From a virus (taxonomy: Duplodnaviria; Caudoviricetes), in the IMG/VR virus record IMGVR_UViG_3300037467_000875, positions 1-45,138 of that record: a stretch of DNA of 45,138 nucleotides; one strand, given 5' to 3'. Both the position numbers and the translations under genes were made by a program. A model generated the notes under the pieces. It was not told the DNA's origin. It made no database searches and saw only the letters and a list, made by a program, of their open reading frames with translations. Positions 13,245 through 22,107 of this stretch are shown here, piece after piece. How positions within the stretch are numbered: the stretch's first letter is position 1; each line of letters opens with the position of its first letter.

Positions 13245-15768
13245 AGTGTTCGGTCACCTCCTCTGCTACCTCAATCATCACTCGGGAAATCAGCTCTGCA
13301 ATCTTAGGAGCTTCCTCAGGGGTTGCTTCTGCGTAGATCGCATCGTGCACAAGGTTTACGATATAGACGTTGTGCTCGAATGTCAAGCGGCAAGCCGCCT
13401 CGATCACGATATCCGATGCACAGCTCTGAGCCATGAAGCTCTTAGCTTCATTACGAACCGAGTGTTGATTCAACTCAGTAACAAGATGGAATCGACGATG
13501 ACGACCAAAAGGACTAACGAGAGGAATCCCAGCACATGCATTGTCCGCCATCATTTCCAGAAAGTCAGTGATGTTTGGGATGACTCGCTGGAATGTGTTC
13601 ATGTGACCCTGAGCTTCCCTCACGTCCATGTTGAATTCAGGGTCAGCAGCGATGCCAGCAGCAGTCCGGCCGTAAGCCATACCGTAAGCGAAACCCTTGA
13701 CCAGCGGTCGAATGGGATCCGCTTTAACTTCAGGATCACCCACATTCCTAAACTTAGCAGGAAACATGGAACGGCATAGCTCAACAAAGAGATCCCGGCT
13801 TGGGTCATTGAAGATCTCCCGAGTGAATTCTTCCTTGGCTAGCCAGGTAAGGACCCGGAGTTCTGCCTGAGACATGTCAACGCCGACGAGAACACGTCCA
13901 GGACGGCCAGGAATGAATTGCTTCTTGATTTCCTTTGCTCGGGGGATATTTTGACTGTTAGGGTTGCGAGCACTGAGCCGTCCGGAAGTAGTCCCGTGGA
14001 TGAGAAATGAAGGGTGGACGGTACCAGCTTCTGTGACTCTGGCTCGCATTCCTCCGACAAAGGTGCCATCCATTTTAGTGATAGCTCTAATGGCGAGAAT
14101 ATCTTCGGTGACTTGCTTGACATCTTCTGGCACCTCGTGTCGTGGCAGCAGAGATTCCAGAACCTCAGCCGCAGTCGTCTCCATGATGACGCCATGGTCT
14201 GCATACCATTGCTTCACCTGATCCGGAGAGTTCGGGTTAAGCGGATGCGGTTCCCTCAGCTTCTTCTGTGGAGATTCCGGATTTGCCACCATTGGAAGGC
14301 GTGCAGCAATTTCACCGGCCTCTGCCTGGTACTTTGCTGAGAGAGCTTCCGAGTATGCAATGTCGAAGCCCATCCCCCGAGGCTCGACAAACGTAAGCAT
14401 ATTTGAGGCTCGCAGCATGAACTGGTAAGGCCGACTGATTCCGAGCTGATCAATCTGCTCTGAGAAGAAGCCATCCAGCAATCGCGTGACGTGAACATCA
14501 AACGCGTTATACTTGTGTAGGATCTCGGGAGGGATATTCGCATAGTCGATCGGACCCTTGCCGTCCGGACCCTTAACGTACGGCGCGATCTCATGCTTCC
14601 AGTCCGGTGTCCCGAGCCATTCCATACCCATGTATTCAAGGCCGTGGACACCGCCGTACTCATTGATGGTGTAGGAAGCAAGCATGGTGTCACCAGCTAG
14701 CTTGGGACCTCTAAAGTCTTCATACCCAAGCCATGCTCGAAGGACACCGATATCGTATTTTCCATTCTGGCATTTAATCCGGCACTCATCCAACATGCGC
14801 ATGAAGGCACGTCGCACCACGCGGTTTTCAAAGATATCTGCGGAGAAAACGTAGACGTGATCCGCATTTCGTACATCAGAGGGGCCGACACCGATGCAGA
14901 GCATCTTTTGCATGTGAACGTTACCATAAGAAACGTCCTTCTCTGCTCCGACCTCAATATCTACGTAAACGGATTCGTCACGGTTGAGGTCAATGATTTC
15001 ATCAATGAGTTCCGCAGCCTGTTCGAATCGGTGGGACTGAACAGAAACAACTTCCCAAGACGGTTCGTACCAACCCTGCGGAAGGTGGTCAGCCGAAACA
15101 GCCTTGCCGAGATCAGCAATCAGATACGGAGTTTTTTCTTGGCTTCGGAGGCAAGCCGCAGGATGGAAGGCAGGCACCACCTGCATACCTTCCAGAAGCG
15201 CGGAGGTCTTCGGCCGTCCAGCCCTCAAAGAGGTGATACCAGCACGTGCAATGTCTTTCGGGAATACAGACTGGACAGCTGAGTTGCCCATCGGTACAAC
15301 AGTCTGGACTCCGGAATCTTTCAGCTCCGCGAGAAGACGTGGGCGGCAGCATTCGATAGCCTCCGGGGGAAGTTTCTTAAACGACTCCGGGTAGTGGCAA
15401 GCACATGCGTTAGCAAGTACCACATCGTCGCGCTTTACTCCGTACTGGTCGAGGATTGCTCCGAGGAGTTGGCCTGACGCACCGACAAAAGGCTCGCCCT
15501 TAGCAATCTCTTGCTTCGCAGGTGCCTCTCCAACAATCGCAATCCTGTTCGTAGGCTTGCCAGGATCGCTAACTGGACCAAACACATCACTAACAGCAGG
15601 ATCAGCTGTAGGGAATCGTGTAGGGACATAGCGACCCCTTTTGTAGAGCGGGCATTCCTCGCAGTTAGCTAGTGGGTGCTTCCGGCCCTGGAATTCGTCG
15701 GAGTCGGCGGTCTGAGACTTCTTGTTCTTCAGGGTCAGTCTTATAGGCTTCGTCTTCGTCGCTGACAA
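13192..15768 (-). CDS. polA: DNA polymerase family A with N-terminal family-4 uracil-DNA glycosylase domain and 3'-5' exonuclease
   Basis: UDG: CEECPL, GEAP..E...GEPFVG.SG, HPAACLR. Exo: VDIE, QNGKYD, YNAFD. Pol: TSGRLS..PN.QNIP, DMSQAELR, KGFAYGMAYG, VHDA. Probable TTG start at 15768 with GGAG RBS. Confidence 0.93.
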   Translation of the reverse strand: MSATKTKPIRLTLKNKKSQTADSDEFQGRKHPLANCEECPLYKRGRYVPTRFPTADPAVSDVFGPVSDPGKPTNRIAIVGEAPAKQEIAKGEPFVGASGQLLGAILDQYGVKRDDVVLANACACHYPESFKKLPPEAIECCRPRLLAELKDSGVQTVVPMGNSAVQSVFPKDIARAGITSLRAGRPKTSALLEGMQVVPAFHPAACLRSQEKTPYLIADLGKAVSADHLPQGWYEPSWEVVSVQSHRFEQAAELIDEIIDLNRDESVYVDIEVGAEKDVSYGNVHMQKMLCIGVGPSDVRNADHVYVFSADIFENRVVRRAFMRMLDECRIKCQNGKYDIGVLRAWLGYEDFRGPKLAGDTMLASYTINEYGGVHGLEYMGMEWLGTPDWKHEIAPYVKGPDGKGPIDYANIPPEILHKYNAFDVHVTRLLDGFFSEQIDQLGISRPYQFMLRASNMLTFVEPRGMGFDIAYSEALSAKYQAEAGEIAARLPMVANPESPQKKLREPHPLNPNSPDQVKQWYADHGVIMETTAAEVLESLLPRHEVPEDVKQVTEDILAIRAITKMDGTFVGGMRARVTEAGTVHPSFLIHGTTSGRLSARNPNSQNIPRAKEIKKQFIPGRPGRVLVGVDMSQAELRVLTWLAKEEFTREIFNDPSRDLFVELCRSMFPAKFRNVGDPEVKADPIRPLVKGFAYGMAYGRTAAGIAADPEFNMDVREAQGHMNTFQRVIPNITDFLEMMADNACAGIPLVSPFGRHRRFHLVTELNQHSVRNEAKSFMAQSCASDIVIEAACRLTFEHNVYIVNLVHDAIYAEATPEEAPKIAELISRVMIEVAEEVTEHYVRFDTDQKIGNNWAEV

Positions 15769-17104
15769 AACGATACTCCACTCGCGATTTCTTGGTGGCA
15801 CCCTGTCCTGCAAGGGTGACAATCTTAATGTTGCCCCGGGCCACCAAGGTTTGTTCGATATCGGAAATGTCCTTGGACTTCACGTGGAACTTCCGCATAA
15901 TCTCACTGCGGCTAGCACCACCGTTGTCCTTGATGTACTTTACAATCTTGATTGCTTTCTTTTCCCAAGGGTTGAGGTCGGGAGTTACCTCAATTCCCCT
16001 GGCAAACTCCATTGCGCTACTAACCCACTCATTAGAGTAGCGGATCGCAGTCACAACGTCAATATACTCGACTACGGTGCTTTGCCTAGAACCGGCAAGG
16101 AGAATAGCAATCTTGATAATAGAGTTTGACAACCGGGTGAGGATGGGAGTGTAGAGATTGGGAGTGGTAGTCGCCTCACCCAGCCGGGTAGCGTCGTCCT
16201 GGAGCTGCTGAATCCGAGTCCACGCATCGGGAGTGGCCGTCATCTCGCGAGGCTCAGGTTGCTTAGTAACCTTCTTAGTCATCCCCGCGATGGTGATGGT
16301 CTGCGTAGTCGGCTGCTGAATCCAGAACGCAGCGATCTCCTGGACTTCCTTCAGGATCTCGTCACGAGGGTTGGCACCCGTGGCGTCCGCAACCGGAGGT
16401 CCGATAACCCGCATCCGGTCGGGAGTGGTGGAACCGGAAATGAAGATGAACCGTGGGAGGAATCCGGAGCGGATATGGTCCATCGTGCAGATTTCCTGCA
16501 TCCGGTCCTTAATTCCACCAGACAGGATGACCAGGCGTGGCTTCTTCACCTCAATTTTTCCAGAGCGAAGGACCCGCATTTCCTCCATGCCGTCGTACAT
16601 TCTGGTAAAAGACTCCAGAAGGCCGGACATGTAGTCCTTGCGCATCTGCTCAATCCAACCCGTGATTTCGTCACGGTGGAAAAGCGAAACTTTGCCATCC
16701 CGGTCTGACATTTCCGAAAGAATACCCTCAGGGGAACCGTCGGTACCCATAAGGTAGTCCAGACCGGAGTCAGTAAGGAGACGCTTTGCCATGTCCATTG
16801 AGGTGGACTTGCGCGTAATGGTGGTGCCAGCGAGGATCATCGCCCAAATGTTCGGACGGATCTCACCGAAGGAGGTTCGCAGTGTGGTGTACGGGCAAAT
16901 GATGGTGGAGAGTATTACTGCTGCGGCTAGTGTGTGATACTGTTGGGGAGCATCGGTAACTGACGAACCCCACTCGCGATACCTGTCAATGAACGTCTCA
17001 GGCAGGTCGTCAAGTTCGGGGTCCTCGATTCGCGCGAACGTGGTACGGTGCCCGCGAACCAACGAGAGATTACCTGACTCTCCACCTCTATTCCTGTTAG
17101 CCAC
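15665..17104 (-). CDS. DUF3987-type replicative helicase with C-terminal winged helix
   Basis: RPNIWAMILAGTT..RKSTS, SPEG, RDE and GFLPRF motifs; C-terminal SRSEIMR..wHTH; GAAAGG RBS. Confidence 0.8.
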   Translation of the reverse strand: MANRNRGGESGNLSLVRGHRTTFARIEDPELDDLPETFIDRYREWGSSVTDAPQQYHTLAAAVILSTIICPYTTLRTSFGEIRPNIWAMILAGTTITRKSTSMDMAKRLLTDSGLDYLMGTDGSPEGILSEMSDRDGKVSLFHRDEITGWIEQMRKDYMSGLLESFTRMYDGMEEMRVLRSGKIEVKKPRLVILSGGIKDRMQEICTMDHIRSGFLPRFIFISGSTTPDRMRVIGPPVADATGANPRDEILKEVQEIAAFWIQQPTTQTITIAGMTKKVTKQPEPREMTATPDAWTRIQQLQDDATRLGEATTTPNLYTPILTRLSNSIIKIAILLAGSRQSTVVEYIDVVTAIRYSNEWVSSAMEFARGIEVTPDLNPWEKKAIKIVKYIKDNGGASRSEIMRKFHVKSKDISDIEQTLVARGNIKIVTLAGQGATKKSRVEYRFVSDEDEAYKTDPEEQEVSDRRLRRIPGPEAPTS

Positions 17105-17135
17105 CTTGCGACCTTTCTTAACAGAGTGTGGAGAC

Positions 17136-17168
17136 GGAAAGGCCGCCCCCTTTCAGGGGCGGCCTTCC
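17136..17168 (-). terminator. Intrinsic terminator after SSB
   Basis: AAGGCCGCCCC/GGGGCGGCCTT stem with short T tail on the minus strand. Confidence 0.65.
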
Positions 17169-17187
17169 GACTAGCTATTACCGACTG

Positions 17188-17619
17188 TCACTCATCGTCG
17201 GCGATGATGAACTGGTTGATCCGGTTCCGAGCCGCGTACTCCTGAGCGCCAACCTTGCGCGCTGGCTGAATACCGACCTTCGCGTCCAGCTCCTCACCGA
17301 GCAGGTCATCGAAATCAACCTCGATCTCGCCCTCCTCGGGAACCTCAGCGCCGAAAGCCTTCAGCATCGCCTTCAGCCGCCACAGAGAGTTCTCAGTGAT
17401 GGTGACGTTGTCGAAGATCTTCCGACCGTTGTACTTCTCGTTCTCGTTGTCCACGATCTCGTACGTGAAGTCGTACTTCGTGGCACCGTAGTTCTCAGAG
17501 GACTCCGACTTAACGGTGCCCTCCTTGTAGTCCTGGAGCGAAAGCCGGTACTCGCCTGCCGGAACAGGCTCGAACGACTTCTGGTCCGGGACACCAGCGA
17601 AATTCACGGTCAGAGGCAT
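17188..17619 (-). CDS. Single-stranded DNA-binding protein (DUF669-like)
   Basis: FEPVPAGEY, Y.GRKIFD and LWRLK.ML.A.G motifs; acidic C-terminus. Confidence 0.85.
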   Translation of the reverse strand: MPLTVNFAGVPDQKSFEPVPAGEYRLSLQDYKEGTVKSESSENYGATKYDFTYEIVDNENEKYNGRKIFDNVTITENSLWRLKAMLKAFGAEVPEEGEIEVDFDDLLGEELDAKVGIQPARKVGAQEYAARNRINQFIIADDE

Positions 17620-17626
17620 TTGCCAC

Positions 17627-18457
17627 TCACTTCCTCAGAGAGATTCCAGGCCGCTTAGCCGACTCGGATTCAGGTGTTGCGATCTTCCTGCCCGTCCAGT
17701 AATCGAAAATCTCACTCATGGTGGGATTCACGATGGTTGCGGGCATCTTGCCCGTCCTGTCCTTTGCCGTCCAGGTCTTTGAACGTGCAGTTTCGAGGAC
17801 GCGTTCACCCTGCTTGTTGAAGTGATAGTAATAGATATCGTTCAACATGCCGGGTGCCTCCTTCGCGAAAGAAGGAGAGAATGAGGGGACGAGTTCCTGA
17901 AGCGCGGAGTCCGGCTTCGAGAGGTCACGCTCCCACGCAATAAAGATTGTGTATACCGGGAGCCCACGGAAAGCTCGAATCAGCTTCCGCATCTGCTCCG
18001 AGTTCTTATTCCAAGTTCCGTCTGCCCACGAACCCGTGAGGACGTCATCAAACTTGAAAGTCTTAGGAGACTCGTTGTGAAGGTGAGCCATGCCCTGCTT
18101 CTGAGCCTCAGTAAGGTTGTCAGCGATGACGGTCCGCCATCCCTCAGCCCCTACTGTACCAGCTTGCGGGTCTGCTGTCTTCGCCAGGTACTCGTATGCG
18201 TTCTGGAGGTCACTGATGCTATCAATATCCAGAACATCAATGTCCGGGAACTTCTCGGCGATACCCTCACCGATGCCGTTCTCAATATTAAGGTGAAGCA
18301 CCGGGGACATTTCGGGAACCAAGCAAGCACTAGCACCAAGAGTCGACTTACCGATACCCGACCCACCGTAAAGCATGATGGATGGCTTGGTTCGAACCTC
18401 AGAAGCCTTCCGCGTCTTCAGTCCGCCAAGCTGACCTGGCTTCAATGTCGTAGTCAT
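17627..18457 (-). CDS. AAA-family ATPase (Sak4-like recombinase)
   Basis: YGGSGIGKST Walker A, IENG, DNLTE and AKDRTG motifs; lies between exonuclease and SSB. Confidence 0.85.
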   Translation of the reverse strand: MTTTLKPGQLGGLKTRKASEVRTKPSIMLYGGSGIGKSTLGASACLVPEMSPVLHLNIENGIGEGIAEKFPDIDVLDIDSISDLQNAYEYLAKTADPQAGTVGAEGWRTVIADNLTEAQKQGMAHLHNESPKTFKFDDVLTGSWADGTWNKNSEQMRKLIRAFRGLPVYTIFIAWERDLSKPDSALQELVPSFSPSFAKEAPGMLNDIYYYHFNKQGERVLETARSKTWTAKDRTGKMPATIVNPTMSEIFDYWTGRKIATPESESAKRPGISLRK

Positions 18458-18466
18458 GTGTGGGAG

Positions 18467-19636
18467 TCACTTGACCTTTCGGTAGAGGGTCGAGAGAGTG
18501 TAGTCGTAATCTTCGCCTCGGTTCTTACCGTTGCATGGCGTGTAGTATCCACAGCCCGAACAAGTGTATCGACCAGGCGCAGGGTAGATCGGCAAAGATG
18601 GAGTAGTCATCTCAACCGCCTGCATACTTACATTATACCCGATCTGGTCAAGCTCGTACGGGGTCTTAATGATTGGGAACCGCTTGTGGAATACCGGTGC
18701 GTCCTTCGACTTCAGCCATCCAATGAACTCATCATAGCATCCGTTGCTGTATGAGTCAAAGTCGTACTTCTTAACGTGTTCTAAGAAGACGGCAAGGTTG
18801 GTTCCCTGCTGCTTGTTCGTACTGAAGTTACGACCCTTGATTGTATTCTTCAGAAGCGCAGGCGGCTTGGGGTAGTCCTTACGGTATTCGGCATAGATAA
18901 AGCCGCGAACGTCCAGGCCCAGTACGGATCGGAGAGCCCAAGAGTACCCTCCAACCTGATCGTCCAACTGGAGATAGTTATCGTTCTGCTGGATGGATGC
19001 TGCTGTCTTGTGGTCCCAAACGAAGTATCCTCCATTGGCGATATCCTCAATCAGCATGTCAACACGGCCATCGAAAGTAACAAGAGCACCGACAGGATGG
19101 AACTGCCCACACTGACCCTCATTCGTACCCGGAGTGAAGCATCGGATTGGCTCACCAGTACGTGGATTGTTAAGAGGAACCTGGAAAGGAACCTCAACCA
19201 TCACCGGTCGGAACCAGTCATCCTCAACAGGGTGAATGTAGTTGGCATAGTGTTCGATCATTCCGATGCCGAGATCGATTCGCTCGGAATAATCGTCGCC
19301 TTCCGCAACCATCACGCGTTCCTGATTCGTGGCTTCAAGGAAGTTAGCGCGCTGGCGTTCGCACTCGTCAGTGAAGGCCAGGATCGCGCGACTGGCCTTC
19401 TCTTCCTTGCTAGTGGTCGACCACGTCTCAGGGTCGTAGAAGGTTTCCATACCGATGTGGAAGGCGATGCCCAGCTCTAGAGGCCGGGGAGCCTGGTCAA
19501 GTACGAAGCCCTGACGGTAAGCCCAGTCCCAACGTCGCCGACAACCCCGGAAGCTCCGAAGCTCTGACGTGTGGACCTGATGGGTTTCTCGCTGTTCTGC
19601 TGACTGTGAAGGGTGGGTGTCCGGAGACTGAGCCAT
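18467..19636 (-). CDS. Cas4/RecB-like PD-(D/E)XK exonuclease
   Basis: FRGCRRRW, G..FH..ME, GRVD, DHKT, Q...Y motifs and C-x2-C-x5-C Fe-S staple; start taken at MAQSPD. Confidence 0.88.
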   Translation of the reverse strand: MAQSPDTHPSQSAEQRETHQVHTSELRSFRGCRRRWDWAYRQGFVLDQAPRPLELGIAFHIGMETFYDPETWSTTSKEEKASRAILAFTDECERQRANFLEATNQERVMVAEGDDYSERIDLGIGMIEHYANYIHPVEDDWFRPVMVEVPFQVPLNNPRTGEPIRCFTPGTNEGQCGQFHPVGALVTFDGRVDMLIEDIANGGYFVWDHKTAASIQQNDNYLQLDDQVGGYSWALRSVLGLDVRGFIYAEYRKDYPKPPALLKNTIKGRNFSTNKQQGTNLAVFLEHVKKYDFDSYSNGCYDEFIGWLKSKDAPVFHKRFPIIKTPYELDQIGYNVSMQAVEMTTPSLPIYPAPGRYTCSGCGYYTPCNGKNRGEDYDYTLSTLYRKVK

Positions 19637-19688
19637 TCTCGACTCGTTTCTGTGTGTATGTTCGGCATTTGCCCTGTGTTGGTCGTGC

Positions 19689-19738
19689 AAAAACGCCGGT
19701 AGCCGAGGGTATGAAGCTTCACCCGACTACCGGCGTTC
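19689..19738 (-). terminator. Intrinsic terminator / attenuator hairpin
   Basis: Minus-strand AACGCCGGTAGTCG...CGGCTACCGGCGTT then TTT. Confidence 0.75.
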
Positions 19739-19746
19739 TGTTAAAC

Positions 19747-19775
19747 AGTATAGCACACCCTGCAACAGGTGTCAA
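19747..19775 (-). promoter_or_regulatory. Consensus sigma70 promoter for the replication module
   Basis: TTGACA-17 nt-TATACT with extended -10 TG; near-palindrome ACACCCTG-CAA-CAGGTGT spans the spacer. Confidence 0.85.
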
Positions 19776-20174
19776 CTATGCATTTGGGTTCACATCTGGC
19801 GCCGCGTGTCGACCTTCTGGATTCATATTAGAGGTCTGGTCAACGACCGTGGGAGTATCGTTGGGAACAAACCCAACTGCGATCGTGACTACGCACGCCA
19901 GAATAATCTGCACAAGTGCAGGACGCGAAAATGCGTCGTGCTGAATCAGAGTATTGACTGCGGTAAGTGCAGTCGTCAACCCAGAGGCAATTACCTTGCC
20001 GTATGGCCACTGCGGAAAGTTAGCTGCATTCCATACCGCTGCTGCACCTACAGCAACGAGGGCCACGTTCACCCATTCGGTCGGTCCCATTGGCTCGGTG
20101 GAGGTAAGCAACGGGAGAACCGCCACCAAGATTGCGCCGACCAGGTGAACAAACGCTTTGAGATACGTCTTCAC
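19776..20174 (-). CDS. Holin-like membrane protein
   Basis: Four hydrophobic segments; internal duplication (EWVNVALVAVGA / LVQIILACVVT..FVPN); at the end of the tail genes. Confidence 0.75.
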   Translation of the reverse strand: MKTYLKAFVHLVGAILVAVLPLLTSTEPMGPTEWVNVALVAVGAAAVWNAANFPQWPYGKVIASGLTTALTAVNTLIQHDAFSRPALVQIILACVVTIAVGFVPNDTPTVVDQTSNMNPEGRHAAPDVNPNA

Positions 20175-20566
20175 TACTGGCTCCGCATATTCGGGTCCGT
20201 ATCTAAAATCCCGGGAGGTGCCGGGGGATACGGAATTCCACTATTCTTAAGTAAATCTACAATCTTACGTGCCCAAATGACAAAGTCATTCTTTTCGCGC
20301 GCAAAATGCCTATTGGCTTCCTCCAGGGAGTCTACACGCTCACTCAGAGCATCTAGCCTGGCCTCCGCTTCTGCACGTTGCTTCCGCAATTCAATATTGT
20401 CCTGTCTCCAACCGTCGTCACGGGCCTGATTTACCTTGGCCAACTCCGCAGCAGCGGTAATTTCCTGTGCTGATTTCGCCGTCCTCGAAGTGAACTTCTG
20501 TGCTACGAAGACACCGAGGAAACCAACAATGGAAATCGCAAGCGAGACAATTTCCGACGAGTTCAT
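20174..20566 (-). CDS. Membrane protein with coiled coil (lysis-cassette type)
   Basis: Single N-terminal TM helix, long coiled coil, C-terminal PYPPAPP. Confidence 0.7.
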   Translation of the reverse strand: MNSSEIVSLAISIVGFLGVFVAQKFTSRTAKSAQEITAAAELAKVNQARDDGWRQDNIELRKQRAEAEARLDALSERVDSLEEANRHFAREKNDFVIWARKIVDLLKNSGIPYPPAPPGILDTDPNMRSQ

Positions 20567-21055
20567 TTATTCGCGAGTCCTCACTATCACGCGTGGGTCC
20601 GTTGGGTCGGGCCATCCTGCGATAATGAGGATGAATGCTGTAACTAGTGCCCAAACCAGGAAGCCAAACAAGGCACCTGGATTCCCGTATACACCACCTG
20701 TAAACCAATAGATGATTTGGGACCACAGATAAAGCAGAGTCCACAGGATAGAAGGGACTAGGATTGCGTTGAATCCGATACCGTCCCGAGGGTGGATTGT
20801 GCGCCTAGAACGCAGCAATCCGCACACGATGGCAACGATCCCACACAGAAACCAGACAACGCCCATCCAATGATTCTGCAAGAGATCAAAGACGTAGATG
20901 GGTTCTGGCTGTGTCGGTGTGGAGAAACGTTGCGCACGTGGGTGTGCAAAAACAGCAAATCCGTAGCACAGCCAGATCAATCCTGTAATGACCAGGATTG
21001 CACCCCGGCGACCGATACGCTCGGTGGTCCTACGGAACTTAATCACTCGATACAT
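20567..21055 (-). CDS. Multi-pass membrane protein
   Basis: GRRGA.L N-terminus, four TM helices, AGWPDP C-terminus. Confidence 0.75.
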   Translation of the reverse strand: MYRVIKFRRTTERIGRRGAILVITGLIWLCYGFAVFAHPRAQRFSTPTQPEPIYVFDLLQNHWMGVVWFLCGIVAIVCGLLRSRRTIHPRDGIGFNAILVPSILWTLLYLWSQIIYWFTGGVYGNPGALFGFLVWALVTAFILIIAGWPDPTDPRVIVRTRE

Positions 21056-21443
21056 TGTCCCTCTTTCGCTTAAAGGAGAGAGGGGCCCAATGATATTCGG
21101 ATGGCGACTCGTACTTTATAAAGGACCAGCATCCCCACAACGATGAGAGGACCAAGAGCCACTTGGCTATGAACAGCCAATTAAAGTAGTCTCCGAAATG
21201 GCCAAACTCTCCGATTCCACAGAGAATGCACAGGCCGAGCAGGGAGAGAAGACGTACTTTTTGCCCTATAGTTGCTGACTTCTCAACAGTAGCAGGCGTC
21301 AATAAAAGTAATAGAAAGATGTGAGCCAGAAAGCCGATCCGAAAGCAGTCAACGACTGTCATAGGCAGGTCGGCAAATGGCGTAGTCGGGCCGGATGGTG
21401 ACGTCAGGGAGAGCCAGTCATTCCAATTCATAGCGCGTACCAT
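21039..21443 (-). CDS. Multi-pass membrane protein
   Basis: Three hydrophobic helices; overlaps neighbours in the operon. Confidence 0.65.
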   Translation of the reverse strand: MVRAMNWNDWLSLTSPSGPTTPFADLPMTVVDCFRIGFLAHIFLLLLLTPATVEKSATIGQKVRLLSLLGLCILCGIGEFGHFGDYFNWLFIAKWLLVLSSLWGCWSFIKYESPSEYHWAPLSFKRKRDNVSSD

Positions 21444-21634
21444 TCATTGCAATAGTCAGCTAAGGCACGCAATTCTGTGACTGGTGACGCCACCATTTCA
21501 TCGAATTTCTCGATGATGCGCTTGTCTGTAAGCGCACAAGCACGACACCAAATGTCCTGTGAGGTGTCGAACTCGACAATGTTGAGCTTAATTTTGCACT
21601 TCTGACAAACCCTGAATAGAGGCATGGTCCGCAC
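21428..21634 (-). CDS. Small zinc-finger-like protein
   Basis: CxxC...CxxC; GTAGG RBS. Confidence 0.55.
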   Translation of the reverse strand: MRTMPLFRVCQKCKIKLNIVEFDTSQDIWCRACALTDKRIIEKFDEMVASPVTELRALADYCNEWYAL

Positions 21635-21671
21635 CTACCAATCACATTTACGTGACCATGCCTCTAGTATC

Positions 21672-22106
21672 TCACATCGGGTCAGGTCCCATTGTGTTGT
21701 GAGGGATATACTCACGCCATTCCTGCTGCGGAGGTCGTTCCTGACCCATGGCTTCATATGGCCACTGGTCCAGCGTAACTCCGACACCCCACTGAACACG
21801 TGATTCAAGCTTCTTAGGGTGGATTGGCACACCCATCCGATGCTGAAGCTTCTCGATAGCGTCTTCGTAGTCCTTGCCACCGTCAGCGTCAAACAGAATC
21901 CACACCCGACCACAGTGAGTGCAGACAAGATGTGGCAGCTTCAGAGGATCACGAGCACGCAGAACTGTCTTCGGCCACCCGTTAGGATCATGTGGGTTGG
22001 GTAGATCCGTAGGGCCGACCATTTCGTTGAAATCGAATGTGTGACCCATTTTTTCGCAATCTTCATCGTAGATTGCTTGGCGCGTCACGTCGTCTACGTC
22101 TGCCAT
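21672..22106 (-). CDS. Hypothetical protein
   Basis: Starts 1 bp after the tail collar gene; C...GH and CxxC motifs. Confidence 0.7.
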   Translation of the reverse strand: MADVDDVTRQAIYDEDCEKMGHTFDFNEMVGPTDLPNPHDPNGWPKTVLRARDPLKLPHLVCTHCGRVWILFDADGGKDYEDAIEKLQHRMGVPIHPKKLESRVQWGVGVTLDQWPYEAMGQERPPQQEWREYIPHNTMGPDPM

Positions 22107-22107
22107 T

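Noticed and set aside
18467-19636. Cas4 as evidence of a CRISPR-Cas locus
   Set aside because: Solo Cas4-like nuclease in the usual phage exonuclease-ATPase-SSB recombination cluster; no other cas genes
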